The position numbers and the translations under genes were made by a program. Of a stretch of 64,000 nucleotides of DNA, positions 1-11,950 are shown piece after piece; the first letter of the stretch is position 1, and each line of letters opens with the position of its first letter. Origin of the DNA: Basidiobolus meristosporus CBS 931.73 (Eukaryota > Fungi > Basidiobolomycota); assembly GCA_002104905.1 (NCBI GenBank), contig MCFE01000417.1, positions 1 to 64,000 of the forward strand. Reading direction: 5' to 3'. Below the pieces are notes generated by a model that did not search any database, was not told the DNA's origin, and saw only the letters and a program-made list of their open reading frames with translations.

Positions 1-1203
1 TGTAATGCTATGATATCACTTTTTGGTCAATACTTGTGTGAACTTAAGACAGTCTTGTATTTGAGACATTGCATCTACAGGAATGTAAGACTCAATGATG
101 ACCTGCCATAGTAACCATTATAAATAAAGTTGTGGCACCACATACATATGTATATTTAGCATTATTTCTGCTTTGGTTTGACTCACTTTCATATATATGC
201 TGCCAAAAAGTAAAGCAAAGTTGTCTGGCTCTCAACTAAACCCCACCACTGATGGCAACAGAAGAATGGTTGGACAATAGCTTGCTTTGACATTCAGTGT
301 GACAAGCAGGGCTACATCCAAAAAAGACCCTATGGAGAGTGTGCCCATTGAAGGTAATAATGTGGACTCCTCAGGCTCTCAGTCAAGTAGCCAATTGAAA
401 ACCTCTGCAGAGCTACAAGCTGACCATTATGCTCAGGCAGATGAGAATGTAGCAAACACAGTACCCTCAGTTGAAGATCAGCAAGTGGCCATGATAAAGT
501 CACCACCACCAATATTGGCAAGTATGTTGTCAGCTTGTACCAAAGCATTAATGAGGCAATTATGTGCAGTGGCTGATGGGAAAGATGCAATGGCCCAAAA
601 ATCAGGAAATAGTCCAGAAGCAGGATGAGCAGATAATATGTGTAGAGCAATCAGTATCCCAGGTAGAGAAAGCAGTATCTTTGCTGCAAAGAAGGAACTC
701 AAGTAGCTCAATGTCATAGCCAAGAATTGAGCCATTTCCTGATGTAACAGCAGAGGAACACTGCACAGTCATTGAAGCACAACAACAGTGCCCAAAGATA
801 AAGCCCACAGAAAAACCTATCACAGCATGGGAGGGAGACAATGTGGTGTTTATACCAAAGCCTACAAAACAAAAGCCATTGAAGATATGTGAAGCCATTG
901 ATTGCAATAATGAAGAGTGGGCTAATATACAAGAGGCTGTCAGAAGTCTAGCATGCCATCACATCAAGGCCAGCATACTATGGGACCATCAGGAACTCAA
1001 GGCCAAGCAGAATGCACTTGACTTGTTCCATGAGCATCATCCTGGATTCAAACAGGCAAATGGATTTTGGGCCAGCATTGGTATGCTAAGAAAGTATCTT
1101 AAGAATAGCAGAAACTATCAAAGGCAGAAGTACAAGGGTGCCATGGCTAAAAGCCAGAGGCTCCCTCAAGAGCCCCTTACAAGCAGGGCCAAAAGCGCTA
1201 GAC

Positions 1204-1552
1204 TGTTGTAAGAGTCTAAGAGATATTGGAACTGATTGGGAGAACAAGTAGATTATGTGCTTTTCACTTAATGATTTATTGAATGTAAAAGTAGTATTTA
1301 TACTTTTACCTGGTCTTGGCATCACAAACACATAGAATAGATTAAGGAAGGTCCCAAGAACATGGGTGCAAAGTTTGGGGCTGTTTGGACAACTTTGAGA
1401 ATTTTCATGTTCTGGGTACCTGGTATTTTGGTGAAAATATTCTAAGTAAATCCCAACAAGGAATTTGGTCAGAATTCTCTAGAATTTGAGGGTAATGATC
1501 TAAGTGACTAAGTTAGGTGAATATTTAGGTGGAAATACAAATTTTTACAACA
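1204..1552 (-). repeat. 3' LTR of copia-1a
   Basis: TGTTGTAAG...TTTTACAACA, matches 5538-5886. Confidence 0.95.
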
Positions 1553-1559
1553 CTCCCAC

Positions 1560-4500
1560 TCAGCTAAATGTTCATATTGACTAGTCCTAATTTTGATCTA
1601 AGATATTCAAGCTTATCTCTAGCTAATGGTTTGGTAAATATGTCTGCAATCATTTCATCTGTAGGACAGGAAACTAAGCTAACTAAGTTATTCTCTATAG
1701 CTTCACGTATGAAATGATGTCTAATATCTATGTGCTTGGTTCTAGCATGAAAAGTTGGATTTCTACCTAATTGTATACATCCTTGATTATCTTCAAATAA
1801 AGTAATTGGCGTTTTTTGACATAGGCCTAAATCTGTAAACAGCTTTCTTAACCATATTGCTTCTTTGTAGCTTCACAGGCTGCCATATACTCTGCCTCTG
1901 TGGTGGAAAGTACTACGGTTGGTTGCATTCTTGAATTCCATGAAATTGCTCCTTTACAGTAAAGAAAGGTGGATCCTGTGGTGGATCTTCTGTCTTCTAA
2001 ATTTCATCCCCAATCAGCATCAGAGTATCCCACAAGATCCTGTTCTGAATCCTTATAAGTGTATCTTAAGCAGACACCTGTAGTTCCTATTAGGTATCTA
2101 AAAATCCACTCAACTGCTGCAATATGATCAGATCCATAGTTCTGATTATGTTGGCTGACAACTCACACTGAATATGAGATATCTGGACATGTTCCAAGCA
2201 TAATATACATCAGACTGCTGACTATAGATTGATAAGGAAAGTTGGGGCTTTCAGATGGCACCAAGCTCTCTTGATTTGGTTGAGTTTTGACCAAGTTAAG
2301 GTTTGTCTCCATTGGGGTAGCTGCCAGTTTATGGTCTTCCATTTTGTACATCTGCAGTATATCTTGAATATGCCTGGATTGGCTTAGGGTAATAGTCTGG
2401 GTACTTCTGTCTATGGAGAACTTAATCCCTAAGTAGTAACTAAGTTCTCCTAGATCAGACATCTTGAGCTCCTTAGATAGGCTGGATTTAGTCTCTTCCA
2501 ATGTTTCTAGGTTATTGGCGGCTATAATAAGATCATCCACATATAGAGCTAATAGAACTGAATTGGCTCTATCTGGCTTATAGTATATACTATAGTCAGC
2601 ATTACTTCTTTTGAAACTCAAGGATTCCAAATAAGAATCTATCTTGCAATTCCAGGCTCTTGGTGATTGTTTGAGACCATATAGTGACTTTTTAAGCTTG
2701 CAGACCAAATGAGGGCTATCTTGGTCAACAAATCCATCAGGCTGGTCCATATACACATCCTCATCAAGTTCAGCATTCAAAAATGCAATTTTTACATCCA
2801 TTTGATGAATAAAAAACTTATATTTGGCTGCAATAGCCAATATTAATCTGTTGGAATTAAACTTGGCTACTGGTGCAAAGGTCTCAGTATAGTCAAGTCC
2901 TTTTGTTTGAGAGTATTCTTTGGCTATAAGTCTTGCTTTGTATCTTTCAATTGTACCATCAGCATTGTATTTTGTCTTGAAGACCCATCTGCATCCAATT
3001 GATTTTTGGTTGATTGGTAATTTGACTAAGTCCCAAGTTGGATTTTTCATCAGGGCCTGATATTCCTCAGTCATTGCAGATCTCCAAAACTTTGACTGAG
3101 GGCTATTTAGGGCCACTTTTACAGTCTGGGGTTCATCAATATGGACTGAATAGGCATGGGCTAAGTTTGTACCCTCATTGAAATAGTAATTTGGGCTATT
3201 TCTTATCCAATTTGATCTCTGGGCATTTGATACTAAAATAATCACTTCTGGGGTATTCCTGGGCACTGATTCTGGCTGAAACTTGGTTGTAGAGTTCTTT
3301 GGAGTGAAAAAAACTTCATTGTTTTGCTCTGATTCAATCCTGACCATTGGTGAACTTGAGATCAAATTTTTGTCATCATCTGATGTCATTTTTTGTGAAA
3401 ATTTTGAATTTTCATCAAACAACACATCCCTGGACTTGATTGGCTTCTTTGCTTTGGTATTGTAGAGTCTGTATGCCTTATCTCTTTGCAGTAGCCCAAA
3501 AATATGCATTTTACACTTTTTGGCTTAAATTTTGACTGATTTACGGCCAGTTTTTTGGCATATGTTGTACAACCAAATATTCTTAGATGTTCTGCACTTG
3601 GTCTGTATCCATACCATGCTTCAAATGGAGTAAAATTACAAAGTACTCTGCTATAACTCCTATTTTTAAGGTATACAGCAGTGGCAACTGATTCTGCCCA
3701 AATAACATAGGATAATTTTTGATCATGGATCATACATCTTGCCATATCAGTTATTGATCTGTTAGCATGTTCTGCTACTCCATTTTGCTGTGGGGAGTAT
3801 GGTACAGTAGTCTCTTGCTTTATCCCATGAATTTTTCAGAAGTGGATGAAGAGTTTTGAGGTAAATTCTCTACCATTGTCAGAGCGTATTTTCTTGATTT
3901 TTTCACCAGTTTCTCTCTCCATCATGGCTTTAAACTCCTTGAACTTAGACAGAGCTTCTTCCTTTCTCTCCATGAAGTAGACCCATGTGTATCTTGTATA
4001 ATCATCAATAAAAGTGATTAAATACTTCATCCTGCCTAAGGATAAATTTTGCGTAGGTCCACACACATCTGAGCAAATTAGATCTAATTTTTTCTTAGTT
4101 TTGATTAACCCAGAGCTCTTGAATGGTTGTCTGGCCTGTTTCCCATACATGCAGGCTTCACAGTGCTCCAAGTTAGCTGGGGGATCAATTTTCACTCCAG
4201 AAATTAGCTGATCTTTGATCATTTTATGCAAATAATCAAAATTGATGTGTCCAAATCTCCTGTGCCAAAGCATTGGTGTTTCTTCATTAAAGTTACTTAT
4301 ATTGGCTTCCAAATATGATGGAATATAAGTCAACTTGTATAGATTCTGATCTCTGATGCCCAAAGCAATATGGGCACCATTTTGATCAGTGATCCTGCAT
4401 CCAGAATTGTCAAAACTGAAACTGAGTCCTTCTGCTGTGGCCTTGCTTACAGAGAGTAGGTTCTTGGCTATTTCTGGTACATAGAGTACTTCTTGAAAGG

Positions 4501-5520
4501 TCAGTGTATGGCTTCCTTCACTGCTTCTAAGGTTTACTTGGATAGTTCCTTCTCCCACTGCATCAAGTGTTCTATTGTCACCCATGAAAACCTTCTTAAT
4601 TGGAATTTCTTGATAATAGGTAAAAAGTTCTTTTTGGTGTGTAAAGTGTTGAGAAGCTCCAGAGTCAATATACCACGTCTGAGAATCCTTGTTTGTGGTC
4701 ATATTTAGTGCAGATATGAATAGTCTATCTTCAGTTGTTGCAGCATTTCCATATTCAGGCTTCTTTTGCTGATAATCTCTCTTTTTGAGACACCGGTCTG
4801 ATGTGTGTCCTTTCCTTTTGCAGTACTTGCAAAATAGGTTGCTGTTGTCTTTGTAGGGTCTTGGGTACCTCCTTTGTTGGTTATCATTGCTTATTCAAGC
4901 ATTTTCTTCTTCCTTCTTATTGGCGCTTGATTTTCTTAATTCTTCATCCAGGAGCCTTCCATATACGTAACTTAAGGTCAAATCTTCAGTTCTGGACTCT
5001 AGGGCTGATACAAGGCCCTGAAACTTGTCTGTCAGGCTATTCAGGATGGTAACTATCACATCCTCATCAGTAGTTGGTACACCCACAGATTCCATCTCAT
5101 CTACCAGCAGGGTAATTCTGTTAATTAGATTTTTCATTTCTTCTCCTGGCAGCATCCTTGTATTAAAGAATTTTTGTCTCAGATACATTTTCTGGGCAGC
5201 TGAACATGACTGGTAGGTGTCTTCTAATGCACTCCAGGCATTCTTTGCTGCTTTTGCTCTTGAGCATTGAATTAGTAATTTGTCCTTGACATTAAGGCAA
5301 ATGCAGTTAAAGGCACTTTGTTCTTTCTTCTGGTACTTTAAGGCTTACTCTCCCACATTTTTAGGAGGGCATTCTTCTCCCATGACAATATCCCAAAGGC
5401 CTCTTTCTTGTAGCAGCATCTTCATCTTCACCTTCCATACTTGGTAGTTAGAGCCATCCAACTTTTCAGCAGAGGGAAAAATTCCAGTAATAGCAGTAGT
5501 AGACATTGCAGAGAGTGACA
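1560..5520 (-). pseudogene. copia gag-pol polyprotein, broken by stops/frameshifts
   Basis: gag KLDGSNYQVWKVKMKMLL; protease WYIDSGASQHF; GAG-pre-integrase LWHRRFGHIN; integrase SDVCGP and RSDNGREF; RT WDLVKLP..GCRWVFK..YKARL, HQMDVK, LALYVDDLII. Confidence 0.95.
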
Positions 5521-5524
5521 GCTT

Positions 5525-5537
5525 GGGGCTCATAACC
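5525..5537 (-). promoter_or_regulatory. Primer-binding site GGTTATGAGCCCC (internal half-tRNA-iMet type)
   Basis: Directly abuts the 5' LTR; complementary to the initiator-tRNA anticodon arm GGGCUCAUAACC. Confidence 0.85.
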
Positions 5538-5886
5538 TGTTGTAAGAATCTTGGAGATATTGGAAGTGATTGGGAGAACAAGTAGATTATGTGGTTTTTA
5601 CATAATGATTTATTGAATATAAAAGTAGTATTTATACTTTTACCTGGTCTTGGCATTACAAACACATAGAATAGATTAAGGAAGGTCCCAAGAACATGTG
5701 TGCAAAGTTTGGGGCTGCTTGGACAACTTTGAGAATTTTCATGTTCTGGGTACCTGGTATTTTGGTGAAAATATTCTAAGTAAATCCCAACAAGGAATTT
5801 AGTCAGTATTCTCTAGGATTTGAAGGTAATGATCTAAGTGACTAAGTTAGGTGAATATTTAGGTGGAAATACAAATTTTTACAACA
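5538..5886 (-). repeat. 5' LTR of copia-1a
   Basis: Matches 1204-1552; PBS adjacent. Confidence 0.95.
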
Positions 5887-7278
5887 CAGACAAGTGTCAA
5901 AGAGATGTCAGGTAGTTGGAAGAGTGCCAATTAAGGACAAGCAGGCAGACACAGATGCACCAGCACAACATTTATCAAGGAAAAGGCATAGCACCACTCA
6001 AGAAGCACTAGGTCAAAGTAGCAGTGAAGGTCCAGGCAGTAATAAAAACCAGCTGCTTGTACAGGAGCCCATCCTAACTATGGTTGAGAGCTCAAAACAA
6101 GTGGAAAAGAAATGTCAGGTTGCCAGAAGAGTGCCAGCAAGGGACAAGCAGGTCAAAACAGATGTGTCAGAGCAGAATTTATCAAGGATAAAACATAGTT
6201 CTTTACAAGAAGCACTCAGACAAGTAGCAGTGAAAGACCTGTCAGTGATTAAGAAAAAGGTAAAGGGAAAAATGTCTATTCAAACCTGAGATAGGGAGGC
6301 ATGCAAAAAAAACTGCAGTTCTTGCCAATTAACGCTGCAAGCCAGGAACAGACTGAATCCCATCATAGCCAAGAAGAGTTACCAACAAGAAAACAGCTGT
6401 TTTCACAAGAGATGGAAGCGTTGCCAGTTGAGCTACACCCCAGTGAAGTAGATGAGTTTGCTGAAAAAGGCAATTTGTCTACCACAGCCTCCACATCCTC
6501 CATTGTTGACAGAGTAGAGATCCCACTAACAAACAAGGCTACAATGTCAAGAGCTTGAAAGACTATCACAATGCCTTCAATGGAGTTTTGGAGCATTAAT
6601 ACACACACCAAGAGGTTGCAGCACTTCTGCAGGAGCAGTGCTCAAGAAATTGCACTGGAATATTGCAAGAATTTATTGCAAAGACTGGCAGATGAGGTGC
6701 CAGACCTTGCAGTGCCTGCTGAAGACCAGGGCATGTGGGAACCAGTGAATGAAGAGTGGCATAAAGCTATTGGGTTCCTGCCAAAGTTGTGGAACCAGAG
6801 TGTTACAGCAGAAATACTTATTGAGTGGTGGATTTTAATGGAGTTACTTGTTGAGTGTGGGGTTGGGCTTAATGTTAGTGTAGGGTATAGGGACTTGTAT
6901 AGGCCAATGAAATTGGCATTGAGGTACAACTGAAGTGTCAATGGAAACAAATCAATTTGTATGCATGAAAAGTAAGAGAAACAGTTGAGTGAGGAAGTAA
7001 GGAGTGTAAAAAGAGGCAATAGCCAATCAATGAACACAAACGTAGGAGTCAATAGAGTGTCTGGGATCAGAAAGTGAGCAAATTGGTGGGGAACTAATCA
7101 AAAGCCACTTATACATTGTTGTGATGAAAATTTTGACAAAGTTTTTGTGAAATCTGGGGTGCAATTATCTTTCAACACTCTCTGGACGGTGTCCTGACAA
7201 CATCAGTACCTCTTAGTCATGGGACTTTAACTTTGTGATGACCTTTTGATGGGATCATCTCAATAATTTTTCATAGGG

Positions 7279-9054
7279 TATACATGTATTATCCTTTCAT
7301 CCTGTTTCTGGACTATTTCCTGATTTCTCTGGGTCATTGCATCTATCCAATCAGCCACTGCACCTAATTGCCTCATTAATGCTTTGGTATGAGCTGACAA
7401 CCTACTTGCTAGTACAGGTGGTTGTGATGTTATGACAGTTGCTTGCTGGTCTTCAGCCAAAGGTATGGCATTGGCTACATTCTCATCTGCCTGAGCATTA
7501 TGGTCAGCTTGTGGCTTCACAGAGAGCACCATTTGCCTACTTGACCAAGAGCCTGAGGAGTCTGCATTATTACTTTCAGTGGGCATACTGCCAACATGGC
7601 CTTTTTTGGATGTAGCCCTGAATGTCAAAGCAGGCTGATGTCCAACTACTCTTCTGCTGCTGTCAACATTGAGGTTTGGTTTGGAACCAGATAACTTTGC
7701 TTTATTTTTTGGTGGCATATATATGGAAGTGAGACAAGCTAAAGGGGAAATTGTGTAGCATAAACTTGAGTATGTGATGCCACTACTTTATTCATAATGT
7801 GCACTATGGCAGGTCATCATTGAATCTTACATTCTTGTAGGTGCAATATCTCAAACGCAACACTGTCTTAAATCTACAGGAGTATTGACAGAAAAGTGAT
7901 ATAATAGTGTTATGTTGTTAAGTGTCAGACTGTTTGCTCTATAGCAAACACTACTCTGATTCAACACCTCAAGAGAGGAGAAAAATGTCCATAGGGATAT
8001 TCTAACAAGCCTCTTGGCCATGGAATGGGTAGACAGCATGGGAGGTATTACATGGATCACAGACAGTGTTTTGCCACACAGGTCATATTTTGCCATTCAT
8101 CAGTCATTACTATACTTGCAATATCTTGCTTGCCACTTGATACTTCTAAAATGGCACCTAGCCATACTGGTCACCTTGCACAAACTGAGTCAGTTAAGTT
8201 TGTGAACCTTTAGGCTCACCTCAGCCTTCTGAACATGGCATGCAGAGTGATTGCTCTGAAGAAGCAGGCTCACCAATGGATTGTGAGCCCATCTCCCCTA
8301 ACAACAGTACCCTCCACAAGCCTGGCAAGATCCTAATATCCAATGAGACAGCACCAGTTAAAAAAATGCCAAGGACACTTTATAAAGCCAAGTGAGCCTA
8401 GTAGTCCATATACTTGTAATTGATGCAATGTTGTGGCTACAGAAGTGGCATATTTCTACAAATATCATTAATGGGGGCTTTGATAATTCACTACTACTTT
8501 CTACCAAAAGCATTCTGGGATGCAACTTACCATGTATATGATACAAATGGACAACCATCATGCAGCTGGCATCATACGACCCAGAGACCATCATGATATC
8601 AGCATGTGTTAACTGCTACATGGGGTTCAAATTAGAGAATGCCACCATTGCAAGGTGTCCAAATTGTCAGGAATCCACCACCATAGGAGGCAAACATTGT
8701 TCATGCTCCAGATATATTTCAGTATGCCCCATCTAAAGAAGCTCATGCAGTCTGATTAATATTATGAAGCTATAAAGTACTGCACTCAGTTTCAATCAAG
8801 CACAAACATTTCTTATACATTTGATAGTAAATATTATAAATAACTAAAAAGCTAGGTCTAATCCGTATATACAACCATGCCTTTGCCTTAGTACTTTTTG
8901 GATCCTCATTAAACAAGTACTCCACCAGCAAATCCTACTGGCCACTGATTCTCATCAACCTGAATCTGCTGCCTATCTTACAGTATCAGAGCAGAAATTT
9001 GATGGTAGTCTCACTGGTATCTGGACCTAAGTGACCATCCAACCTGAAGCACTA
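7279..9054 (-). mobile_element. EnSpm-like copy B, central part: ORF-X 5' end (7718->7279, minus) and divergent transposase 5' half (plus); cut at both ends by termini of the same family
   Basis: 7279-7930 is the reverse-complement homolog of window 1-650; transposase motifs lie at 8400-9054. Confidence 0.75.
8025..9054 (+). pseudogene. CACTA/EnSpm Tnp2 (Transposase_21-like) transposase, N-terminal half, decayed
   Basis: MLWLQKWHIS..GFDNSLLL; Cys motif ETIMISACVNCYMGFKLENATIARCPNCQES (cf. Tnp2 IHACxNxC...CPxC); SYWPLILINLNLLPILQYQSRNLMVVSLVSGPK (cf. SxWPxxxxxxNLPP..R..N.....PGPK). Confidence 0.8.
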
Positions 9055-10150
9055 CCCTATGAATATTAATTTAGTCCAGCAGGTGGATCCAACTCAGATC
9101 ACCTGTCACAATCCCATCAGGAGACCATAATAGTACTTGCAGCTTGGAATTAATGACCATCTACATAATCTTATGATGGGATCATATGGGTGTTTTGCTA
9201 ACTTTACCGCCAGATAAAGTTGAAAGCATTATGGTGTTTGGGTGGAGTTTTACTGGGGGTAACATGGCATTGTTGCAGTCATAGTTCACTCTACAACTAC
9301 TTAAGTGGATTCAACTGGTCAGTACATCCAGTTGCCTTATATGGCAAGGAAACTGATGGTGCTTCAATGGCCTCAAACTAAGCCTCCAATGGTATTATTG
9401 TGGCATTATGACTGCCTACAGCTAGCTCTATATAATGCTACCATACCAATTTACCAAATGGTAGTTCCTTTCTCTACCTCCCCTGCGCAATTCAAATATT
9501 CCACTGCAGAATCACCCCTCATTATTTGCTTACCTACTACTACCTTGAGTATTCCACTTATAGTTTGATAATGGTAGTGGATTCTGGACAAGCTGGAGAC
9601 CTTGCAATGGTGGCATTCTCCAATGTGAGTCCCATGTAGCAGTTAACACATGCTGATATCATGATGGTCTCAGGGTCATAAGCTGCTAGCTGCATGACAA
9701 TTGTCCATTTCTACCATGTACATAGTAAGTTGCATCCCAGGATGATTTTGGCAAGAAGTAGTAGTAAATTCTTAAAGCCCCCATCACTGATATCAGTGGA
9801 AACATGCCACTTTTCTAGCCACAACATCACATCATTTACTAGTAGATTGATTTCTGGGCTCACTTGACTTGATAATGTATCCTTGGCACTTTTTCCGATG
9901 AGTGTTGTCTTAATTGCATAATGGCATTTTGCTGGGCTCATAGAGGGTAATATTGTTGGGGGAGATAGGCTCAAAATCTATCAGTAAGACTGCTTCTTCA
10001 GAGCTAGCACTCTGCATGCCATATTCAAAAGGCTGGGGTGAGCACAAAGGCATCACAAACTCACCTGAAATCAGCTGTGCAAGGTGACAAGTACGGCCAG
10101 GTGCTATTATGAAAGTATCAAGTGGCTGACAAGATATTGTTGGCACAGTA
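9055..10150 (+). mobile_element. EnSpm-like copy C: left terminus (9055 to ~9545) joined to a minus-strand Tnp2 N-terminal fragment (~9590-10150)
   Basis: Starts CCCTATGAATATT; TGATGGGATCA at 9174; homologous to 45013-45596 (-) and 47050-47684 (-). ~9590-10130 is an inverted homolog of ~8120-8680. Confidence 0.7.
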
Positions 10151-11950
10151 GCAACTGGATTCTTGAATAATACCTCCAGTGCTGTATCAACTATCAGCAA
10201 GACAACTGGACCCAACTGTTACCACTTGCAGAATTTGCCGACAACGACTCATGTCTTGGGCAGCTGGCACCACCCCATTCTATGTAAATTATGGTTCTCA
10301 TCTGCAATTTGATATTCAGATTCCAACAAGCCCTATGAGCACCCCAGCGGCTGAACATGCATCAATAATTCTAGAAATCCAAGAAACACTCAAGAAAGAA
10401 CAATTCTTAGTCCATGAGGGGTATAAGAAGTTTGCAGACAACAACCAACAGCCTAACCCCAAGCTTAATGAAGGAGACTTAGTAAGGCTCTAGAGAAGAA
10501 CCATTGCTACCAGTCACCCTTGTGATAAACTAGAATATAAGAAACTAGGTCCATTAGAGGTCAAGAAGAAGCTGAGCCCAATTGTATACCAGCTGCAGTT
10601 AGTGCTAAGTATGAAGATCCGTGATACATTCCATGTATCTCTCCTAGAATCATTTCATGAAAGTACTCTACCAAACTGGTGTTGTGCATCAACATTTAAA
10701 ACTTAGCCAATTTCACTCTGTCAGAAAATCTAGTACCCTAACTGATTTTCCCTAACCCAAACATAACTAATCCCTGTTATAGTTTATTTTATCACTTCTC
10801 AGAATCTATTTTCAGCTGTCATGCCTGATCAATTTTCATGTAGTCATTGCATCTTCAACTGATCTGCTAAGTCACTTTAAGTGATTAGTCATATGAGATT
10901 TATACAACTGCTTAGCAGTTGCCAAGACATCAGCTGATTAATGATGCAAGTTTTCATTTATCTTATGCACCTATCAACACCCCAACAAATTTCAATTAGT
11001 CCAGTCTCTTGGTGCTTACTAATTCAATTGGATCAGAAAAGTATAAATAAAGTCTAATGAACCTTTTGGCTCCGTGTTTGTCTCACAAAATTAAGATTGT
11101 GTCTCAGTAAAACTAAGAATTCAACAATTCTGTTCTAGTTTCTACCCAAGCCTAACATATCTAGCACACCCAAGAACACCAAGCCTAGCCTGCATAGCAA
11201 ACCAACTCTGTTGTCTTTATAGCCCAGCTCAGCTATATACTAGACTAATATTAGACCAGAACCCCTCTGCTAATATGATGGCCACTCTCTGACAATTCTA
11301 GTGTTCTGCACTTAGTTGTCACTTAGGTTCAGTCAACTCATTCTAGATTTTTATTACAATTTTCTCTTGGATATAACAACCAGCACCCAGTAAGTCCCCC
11401 AGCCATTCATGTACACAGGCACCAACAGTTTGAGGTTCAGCAAGTACTAGATTCAAAGTACATCATATCCCAACTTCACTACCTGGTAGACTAGGTTAGT
11501 CATGGCCCAAATGAGTGTACTCAGGAACCAGCAACAAACCTAACAAAAAGCCAAAATCTAGTTGCACTATTTCACCAGACATACCTCAACAAGCTAAAGC
11601 CAAAAGCTTGAAGAAAGCCCTTCAGAAGAGGGGAATAATGTCATGGTCACATGATATACTTGACCTTTCATAATCTGACCATATCAAGTGGGTAAAGAAA
11701 TCCCAGTTCCTACTGGAGAGTTTTAAAACATTCCAGCAACATAACAAATGCTCCAAGTCAATATTATACAGTGAATCATTGTATGGAAGTTTCCCTTTGG
11801 TATTTATGCAGCTCAGTACCATATATGGTAGTTGCATGTCACATGACCTGGTTACATGAATGGCTGACCCTTGGCATAAGCCCATCTGGTGTTCTAGTCT
11901 GCTGTTTAGTATACTCCTATCTTAGAGCAGTTACTGTGCCTCAGCCAGAA
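10150..11950 (+). mobile_element. Chromovirus-type Ty3/gypsy 3' fragment (integrase C-terminus, chromodomain, PPT, start of 3' LTR at 11639), interrupted by a solo LTR
   Basis: YLQCCINYQQDNWTQLLPLAEFA; YKKLGPLEVKKKLSPIVYQLQL..MKIRDTFHVSLLE; chromodomain QFEVQQVLDSKY...LHYLVD*VSHGPNECTQEPATNL..LVALFHQTY (~11420-11590); PPT AGAAGAGGGGAATAA then TGTCATGG. Confidence 0.85.
10680..11378. repeat. Solo LTR, 699 bp (second copy at 44314-45012)
   Basis: TGTTGTGCATC...GATATAACA; flanks ACTGG/ACCAG (one ACCGG TSD decayed at the CpG); host integrase sequence resumes across it. Confidence 0.85.

Larger units (their letters stand above)
1204..5886 (-). mobile_element. Ty1/copia LTR retrotransposon, family copia-1, full-length decayed copy (copia-1a)
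   Basis: 349-bp TG..CA LTRs at 1204-1552 and 5538-5886 (15 mismatches by eye). TSD TAGAC/CAGAC. PPT AGTGGGAG next to the 3' LTR. Domain order gag-PR-IN-RT-RNaseH on the minus strand. Confidence 0.97.
197..6933 (+). pseudogene. Accessory ORF ('ORF-X') of the EnSpm-like element, split by copia-1a and by stops/frameshifts
   Basis: ATG197 MLPKSKAKLSG (cf. MPPKNKAKLSG at 7718-). Conserved block EEWANIQEAVRSLACHHIKASILWDHQELKAKQNALDLFHEHHPGFKQANGFWASIGMLRKYLKNSRNY. A ~200-nt unit is duplicated at ~5900-6260. C-terminal block at 6571-6933 recurs at ~13750-14097 and ~46350-46710. Confidence 0.65.
1..7278 (+). mobile_element. CMC/EnSpm-like DNA transposon copy A (accessory-ORF half and right terminus; left part outside window), interrupted by copia-1a
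   Basis: Ends ...AATTTTTCATAGGG at 7278, the reverse complement of the CCCTATGAA terminus seen at 9055, 45596 and 47684. Subterminal TGATGGGATCA at 7247. Homologous to 7279-7930 (-), 12521-14445 and 45597-47049. Family assigned through linked Tnp2 motifs in copies B and D. Confidence 0.75.

Noticed and set aside
8981-8992. CAGTATCAGAGC resembling a tRNA-Met PBS (TGGTATCAGAGC)
   Set aside because: It lies in the Tnp2 frame (LQYQSRNLMVV) and has no adjacent LTR
8120-10130. ~560-bp inverted repeat (~8120-8680 vs ~9590-10130) suggesting a foldback element
   Set aside because: Both arms are Tnp2 N-terminal fragments from two oppositely oriented copies
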